DNA of 64,000 nucleotides from the human T2T-CHM13v2.0 reference genome, Homo sapiens, in NCBI RefSeq assembly GCF_009914755.1, contig NC_060931.1, one strand, 5' to 3'. The notes under the pieces are model-generated. The model saw nothing but the letters and a program-made list of their open reading frames with translations, searched no databases and was not told the DNA's origin. Below are positions 57,531-64,000 of this stretch, piece after piece (the first letter of the stretch is position 1; every line of letters starts with the position of its first letter). A program made the position numbers and the translations under genes.

Positions 57531-57836
57531 GGTTTTATTTTGTTTTTCTTTTTGAGACAGAGTGTCGCTCTGTTGCCCAAGTTGGAGTGCAGAATGGTGT
57601 GATCTTGGCTCACTGCAACCTCTGCCTCCTGGGTTCAAACTATTCTCGTGCCTCAGCCTTGTGTGTAGCTGGGATTACAGGCATGAGCCACCATGCCTGA
57701 CTAATTTTTGTATTTTTTGTAGAGACCAGTTTCTCCATGTTGGCCAGACTGGTCTCGAACTCCTGGCCTTAAGTGTTCTGCCTGCCTCGGCCTCCCAAAC
57801 TGCTGGGATTACAGACATGAGCCACCACTCCCAGCC
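57531..57836 (-). mobile_element. Old Alu (Sz/Jb-like) within a degraded reverse L2
   Basis: Reverse Alu; TSD ATCATGGGTTTTT (57518-57530 / 57838-57850). Confidence 0.92.
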
Positions 57837-58472
57837 TATCATGGGTTTTTAACTATTAGAGTGGCTAACTATTTTTTTCTTAGAAAGAGTTCTTCCAGGC
57901 TCCTACTTCTCACCATTTTGTTGCTTCTAACCCAGTATTTACTATGAATTTTGACTGTTTGCAAAGCCTTGATATTTTCCCAATGGTGGCTGACCCCACT
58001 GTATCTTACACAGGGACCTTAGAATTCGCTCTGGCTATTAGTTCCAGCTTCCTACATTATGTATACCCTTCTATCACCACTCAATCTTGACTTTGGCTTC
58101 CACTAAAATATATAAATATATTTGGAAAAACTGTCAATGATCTAATAAGAAAAACTTTGAGTACTGCACTTTTCAGATTCACAAATTTGTATTTTAATGT
58201 TTCAGGGAATTTAAACACTGTTGAAATTTCTCTAAAGAGAAATGAAACAATTGGACAAGTCTTTCCTGATCCTGGTAATTTAGGAAAGCAAGTTAAGAAC
58301 AATGTCTTCAATTATTTTTTGTTTTATTACTTCTATAAAATTGTAATGAAGCAAATACCCCTTTCTACACTTTGCAGGTGACGCCATGCACCTTTACAGA
58401 CAAGGAGGAGAGTTATTCAACTGCCACTGAACAACTCTGGCTGCAACACAGCTGCTAAGAGTTCTTTATGTC

Positions 58473-58884
<412 letters not shown>

Positions 58885-60007
58885 TTACTCCTCATATCCC
58901 CACTAACAGATCTATGTTTGGTCATAATCAGACTGGATTAAGAGAAAAATCAATTTAATAGTAAAACTTCACACCTCCTTTGTTTTTCTTTTCTTCGCTT
59001 TTAATGTTTTTAGGGTAGTCACAGAAATAATTACAAACATCCTCTGAAGTAGCTTTTAAAGAAGTGAAAGCAAAAACAAACTTAGATAACCAAGAAGGTT
59101 CTTAGTTAACTAATTGCTGTTAAAAAATCTACACATTCATTATCTAAAAATATTAATTCCCAAAACATTATTTTCACAAAATAACTTCTCTAGTTTTCAT
59201 TCTTCTGAACAAGACTTTGCAGAGATTGCTGCTACTGAGACGTCAAAACACCAAGTGGTTACTTTTTAATTTAGCCCAAGGTAGAATTCTGTAGTTTAAA
59301 GTCAGTGATCCATTGTGAAATTCAATTTCCCAACTGTTTAATTAATTTATGTATACAATTCAATAATATTTAATATGGTGTGCACATTCAAGATGCAGTA
59401 AGCTTCCATATAAAAATCTAGGGCAGGATTCCAAAAATATCTGAAGTTTCTTTTTTTCTGAAAACAATTAGCAAGCATTTAAAAAATTAATTTTGTCATA
59501 CCCATTATGAAGTGTCTACCATTAAAGGACCAAAAATAGTCATTTACTTGTGAAATGTAGAAATGAATAGGCTGAACTGCTTCCCCAACCCTTGTGCTGA
59601 TTTAGCTGCTGTTTCAACTACTTATTGAGAATACCAGACTAAACGTCTTTAAAATCAGCCATAAAATACTCAAAAACATTTATTTGCCTTTCTCAATAAC
59701 AAAATGAATTCAGTATTTCATTTGCTTGTTTTGTAGGGTGTTTGGAAGGTGATAGGTCAGTTAATGATTCCTTATTGAAAGAGTCAGAAGGAAAACACCA
59801 CAGTCATCTGAGTTATAACTCCAAGTGAAAGGACAACAAAGACAAGTCAAAGGTCAAAGGTGTAGAACACCTCATTCCAAATCATGTGAACACATTTCAC
59901 AAGTGCTTATTCAAAGAATGGAGCTCAGGAGAAAACTCAAGTATCATTGTTGTAAGAATAACTTCTATAGGACCTAAACAAAAATACAGATCAAACATGG
60001 TCTTCAT

Positions 60008-60350
60008 GAAAGGCTGAAAATAGACAACCCAGAGGCTGGAACAGGCCTACAGATACATTTTATTTGGCCAATAGAGTTTTTAGTGGTTGTTGTTGTTTTA
60101 ATCTAATAAATTTTCAACAGATAAAAACAAATGATTGCTTACAAAAATTCAGTTGAGGTCTTCTCTTGAAAAAACAAAAAAAACACAAAATATAATCTGG
60201 CAATGCTCTATTTATATTCCCACATTGTCACCATTGGTGGGAGGCAAGCAGGTGGCTCTCACCTTAGACAGAACAGTGGTCTCTTCCAGTTACCAATGTC
60301 CTGTAAAGCTGCTTTACCCATTTATGCTGTCTAGTCCTCATAAACTTTCG
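60008..60350. mobile_element. MER102-like hAT-Charlie element
   Basis: ACAAAAATTCAG...CTTCTCTTGAAAA...ATCTGGCAA...ATTCCCACAT...TTAGACAG. Confidence 0.6.
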
Positions 60351-60353
60351 AAT

Positions 60354-60388
60354 TAATACATTTTTGCTGCTAATTACATTTTTGCTGC
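60354..60388. repeat. 17-18 bp tandem duplication
   Basis: TAATACATTTTTGCTGC followed by TAATTACATTTTTGCTGC. Confidence 0.85.
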
Positions 60389-60812
60389 TTACTACTTGAT
60401 AAACTTTTTTAATAAAGAAGATAGAAATACTAGTGACAAATCAAACTGGCAACTCTATTACATTAGAAATGAGCACCTTAAAGTCACTCAAAAAAATTTG
60501 TACAATCCAAGTGACAAAAAAAAATCACTTAATATTATGGAAAATTCTACAATAGGGAAAGAACACTAGTGTAATATTTGTCTCTAGTATTTTGGCCCCA
60601 TAACACTCGTGTAAAATATATAATATTATTTAAAAACTCATTATGGAAATAGTATTGGTAAAAATAACATAAATGTGAATTGTAAGATTTTGACTGGAAA
60701 ATTTTAAGCAGAAAGAACACAAATTATAGGGTGAATTCATCCTGAGCTCACATTCTCACTCTATCACTTACCCATCCAACCTTAAATTTCTTCACTGGAA
60801 AATACCTATCTA

Positions 60813-61730
60813 CTCATTCATTTATTCATTCATTCAAAAAATATTCACCTAGCAACCTCTTTGGCAAAGTACTGTGAAAAGCTCTGGCGATACAGTATGT
60901 GTAAAACGTTTTTCCCCTGCCCTCCTGGGTCTTACTCTGTAGCTAGGAAAACAAATATTAGATAGCTAATTACACAAATATTAATTTGTATTAATACCAT
61001 GTTTAATTATCATTGTGGCAACTCTGAAAAAAACCATTTAACAGGGAATCTTGACCTCTCTTATCTAGAGTTAGAAAAAGCTCCTGGAGGAAATGATATC
61101 TGAAATAAGTTTGAAACGATAGGTAGTAAATTAACTATGTATACTGGGGAAGAGAGGCCTGAGAGAAGAAACAAATGGGATAATGGCCCTAGAACAGGAA
61201 GAATCTCTGCTTTTTCAGAGAACTAAGAAGGCGGGTGGAATGGAAGTGCAGAGAAGGAGGGAGTGGTAGGGAGACTGGAGAAGGAGGTGGGGCCTTTGCA
61301 TATGTTTAGTATTTTCACTTCCATCCTCAGGGCAATGGGAAACCACTAGTCATTTAGGCAATAAAGTGTTTTGAGAGCTTTGGCTGATTACTCTGGCTAT
61401 AGTGAAAAGAGTGGATTCAAAAGGGAGAAGTGTAGGTAGAAATGCAGGGAAACCATTGCAGCAGTCCCACTGAGAACAACATTCATTCAAAATAGAGTGG
61501 TAGCAGAGGAAACGAACAGAAATCGAGCAACATTTAGAAGTTATGACTGGCAGGAGTCAGAGATAGATTGTGTTGTGTGTGAGGGGGCTGAGGTGAGTGG
61601 GGTCAGATCTGGACTTGTTAATTTGGGATGCCTGTAAGATATTCAAATATAAATATCCATTAGGCAGTTGGGTATGTGGACATAGAGCACAGGGGAGAAA
61701 TCAAAGCTACAGACATCAATGTAGATAATG
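60813..61730 (-). mobile_element. L2 (L2a/b) fragment
   Basis: (ATTC)n terminal repeat, then CCCTGCCCTCCTGGGTCTTAC...GGCAATGGGAAACCACT...ATTACTCTGGCTATAGTG...AGGCAGTTGGGTATGTG. Confidence 0.8.
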
Positions 61731-63114
61731 ATATTTCTTCATATATCTGTTAGGGAAATTTAATATAAAAAGTGTATAACAATGCCTGAAACATAGTAGG
61801 TACTTGCCCCTCCCTTAAGCAACTGCCTCTTCTACTTGGTAAATTTCTTCCCCAAGTGAAGACAAGTAGTCCTGAGTTCCATTTCCTAGGCTCCTAAGAT
61901 CAATAAATGAGCAGACTAATTGCTTTTTTCCCACATAGTATTTAGGTCCTTTCAAATGACCTCTAAGGCCTCTAGCGCCATCCCACAGATCACTGAAATA
62001 GAGGAAGATGTGTATTGGAGCCCTAGGCAGCCATTTGGCAGTGGGGAGAATGCAAATAAGAGCCCCAAGCTTTATGTAGGGAAAGCTCCAAATGCTAGAG
62101 AAAGCTTAATATGGTAAAGCACATGTGTAACTCCACAATGTGCAAATTCCAAATCACCAAGTAACATTTCTCAAAAGGACCTATTGCCCTAAGAAATAGC
62201 TACATTTCTCAGCTTGTGTGCTACCTCCTTAACTTCTGTGAACTTCTTGTCATTTTAGGGTTTCTTACATGGTAATTATACCTATAGTTTGAACACAAGC
62301 CTTTCAAAAAATACATCATTTGGGGGGAAATCAGTCCCAATAACAAGATGCTACTTACCAGAAGTCTAGGAACAAGGCTAATCTTAAGCAAAAAAATGTA
62401 TAAGCTTTGGCTGAAGGGCAAGACTGGTCATAAAAAATAAACCTATCTCCCCTATTCAAACACCAGATGAAGCAAAGATTTTTCTTTTTTTTTCCTTTTC
62501 CCCTAGAGCAGATTATAATCAATCTCAAGAAACTGAGTAGGTATTTTTATATTATCTATGTTCAGAATTTGTAGCATATGTCCAAACTTTGTGTATTTCA
62601 GTTTTAAAAAGAATCTGCAGAATATAATTCTTGGCAATCAGCCAGTAAGTGCCTACACACTTTTCTAAGCACAATTAGTTGAAGCTTTTATTTTTCTTAC
62701 CTTATATTGGGCTTTTTTGCACCAAAGTGATTTGACTCTGCTCAGAAATTATGAAATTATGCAATTGTAAAAACCCTTGAAATCTAAAACCAGAATTATT
62801 TTTTGCACAGATAATAGATACATAGATCAAACATACATGTATACAACCCACTCCATGTGTCAAACATTTAAACTTTGTCAACCAAATCAAGGAGATCATT
62901 TCCTTCTCCAATCTAAGAAATGCTGATTTCTGCTAAGCCCACACATGATTGAATCAATTATATTTTTATGAAACACAAAATACTGAAAAACACAAGGACA
63001 CAATGTAAAAAAAACTTTCATGATCTCTTACGAAAAATTTGAGCTGAAATAAAAGCACAATCTATTAACCTTATGTCAGAGTTTACATAATACCTAAGCT
63101 CAAGACCAATGATG

Positions 63115-63330
63115 AGTTGTAGTGTGTGGGAGCAGCACAGAATATTAGAAAGGCTACCTACTGTGGGACTTATGTGATTCATTTAAATTATTTAAGCCCA
63201 TTTTGCCACCTGTAAATCGGGTGATAATTTCCAGCAGGCAAAACTATTTGAGGATTAAGCTATTGTATCTGAAGCTACTGACACATAGTAAATACTCATA
63301 AATCGGGGCCATTATTATGTATTATTGTTA
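63115..63330 (+). mobile_element. MIR fragment
   Basis: CCACCTGTAAATCGGGTGATAAT...TTGAGGATTAAG...GACACATAGTAAATACTCA. Confidence 0.55.
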
Positions 63331-64000
63331 TGATTATTATTGATCTGAATTTTATTTTAAGATAATTTATTTTAGCATTGCGCTATTTCTTACTTAATGT
63401 CAGTTTATCACAGGAAAATAAATGTTCATTGTTAAGAGTCCTTGGTATGCATTACTCAATAATTAAACAGGCTACACTGTTTTCTATCAAAATGTCATAT
63501 CAAGTCTTAATACAATTGGTCAAATCATTAGCTGTCAAATTACTGTGCTGTATTAAGTGTTACTATACTTGCTTAAGTGTTTTATTTCTTATTCTGAAGG
63601 TGGTTGAAACTTTTGTTTGTGGGTCATTTACAATAAGAACCAATTAAGGGTTGCATTTTTATATTTGATTGGGCTAATTAGATTAATCAATCTGATTTAT
63701 ATTAATAGGGATAAAGCCATAATTTTTAGCTAAACCATTACATAAACAATGTGCTAAAGAATGTATATCTAAAATGCTAGAGTAGATGTCCTATAACAAG
63801 AAGAGAATAAATCTTATCCAATCTAAAGATATACCAAAGCAACCAGACTAAATAAATGGGAGATAGGGTAAACCACCTAAATAATTAAATGTTTTATTTA
63901 AATTGACTTTTTTTCTTATTTTAGTTGGTAAAATTCTGAATTCCTGAAGTGATATTGCCATATTATATATATAAATACTTTATAATTTGCTATAATTTAA

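Overview
This is primate genomic DNA, almost certainly human, because it carries an essentially unmutated AluYd8 at 58473-58766. It is AT-rich and CpG-poor, and much of it is recognisable interspersed repeat: 12 Alus, a full-length dead L1PA7/8-like element, older L1 and L2 fragments, about a dozen MaLR LTRs including a complete THE1A, ERV1/ERVL solo LTRs, MIRs, and hAT/Tigger DNA-transposon fossils. Many are nested, with readable target-site duplications (TSDs). I can support no protein-coding gene, tRNA/rRNA gene, CpG island or CRISPR array; the longer listed ORFs are Alu-, microsatellite-, L1- or LTR-derived and the rest look like chance ORFs. I did not find a convincing new biological system. 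The best leads are: (i) a very young, probably polymorphic AluYd8 next to a strong splice acceptor and an inverted Alu partner; (ii) a cluster of near-perfect + strand splice signals at 44.5-45.9 kb suggesting a spliced non-coding transcript; (iii) a 29-bp micro-insertion with a 16-bp TSD; (iv) an L1MA whose 5'UTR is fused directly to the end of ORF2; (v) a 196-nt pure-purine tract containing (GGAA)10; (vi) two unassigned inserts splitting an ancient LTR16. Repeat subfamily names come from remembered consensus sequences and need RepeatMasker/Dfam confirmation. Boundaries of old elements are approximate.
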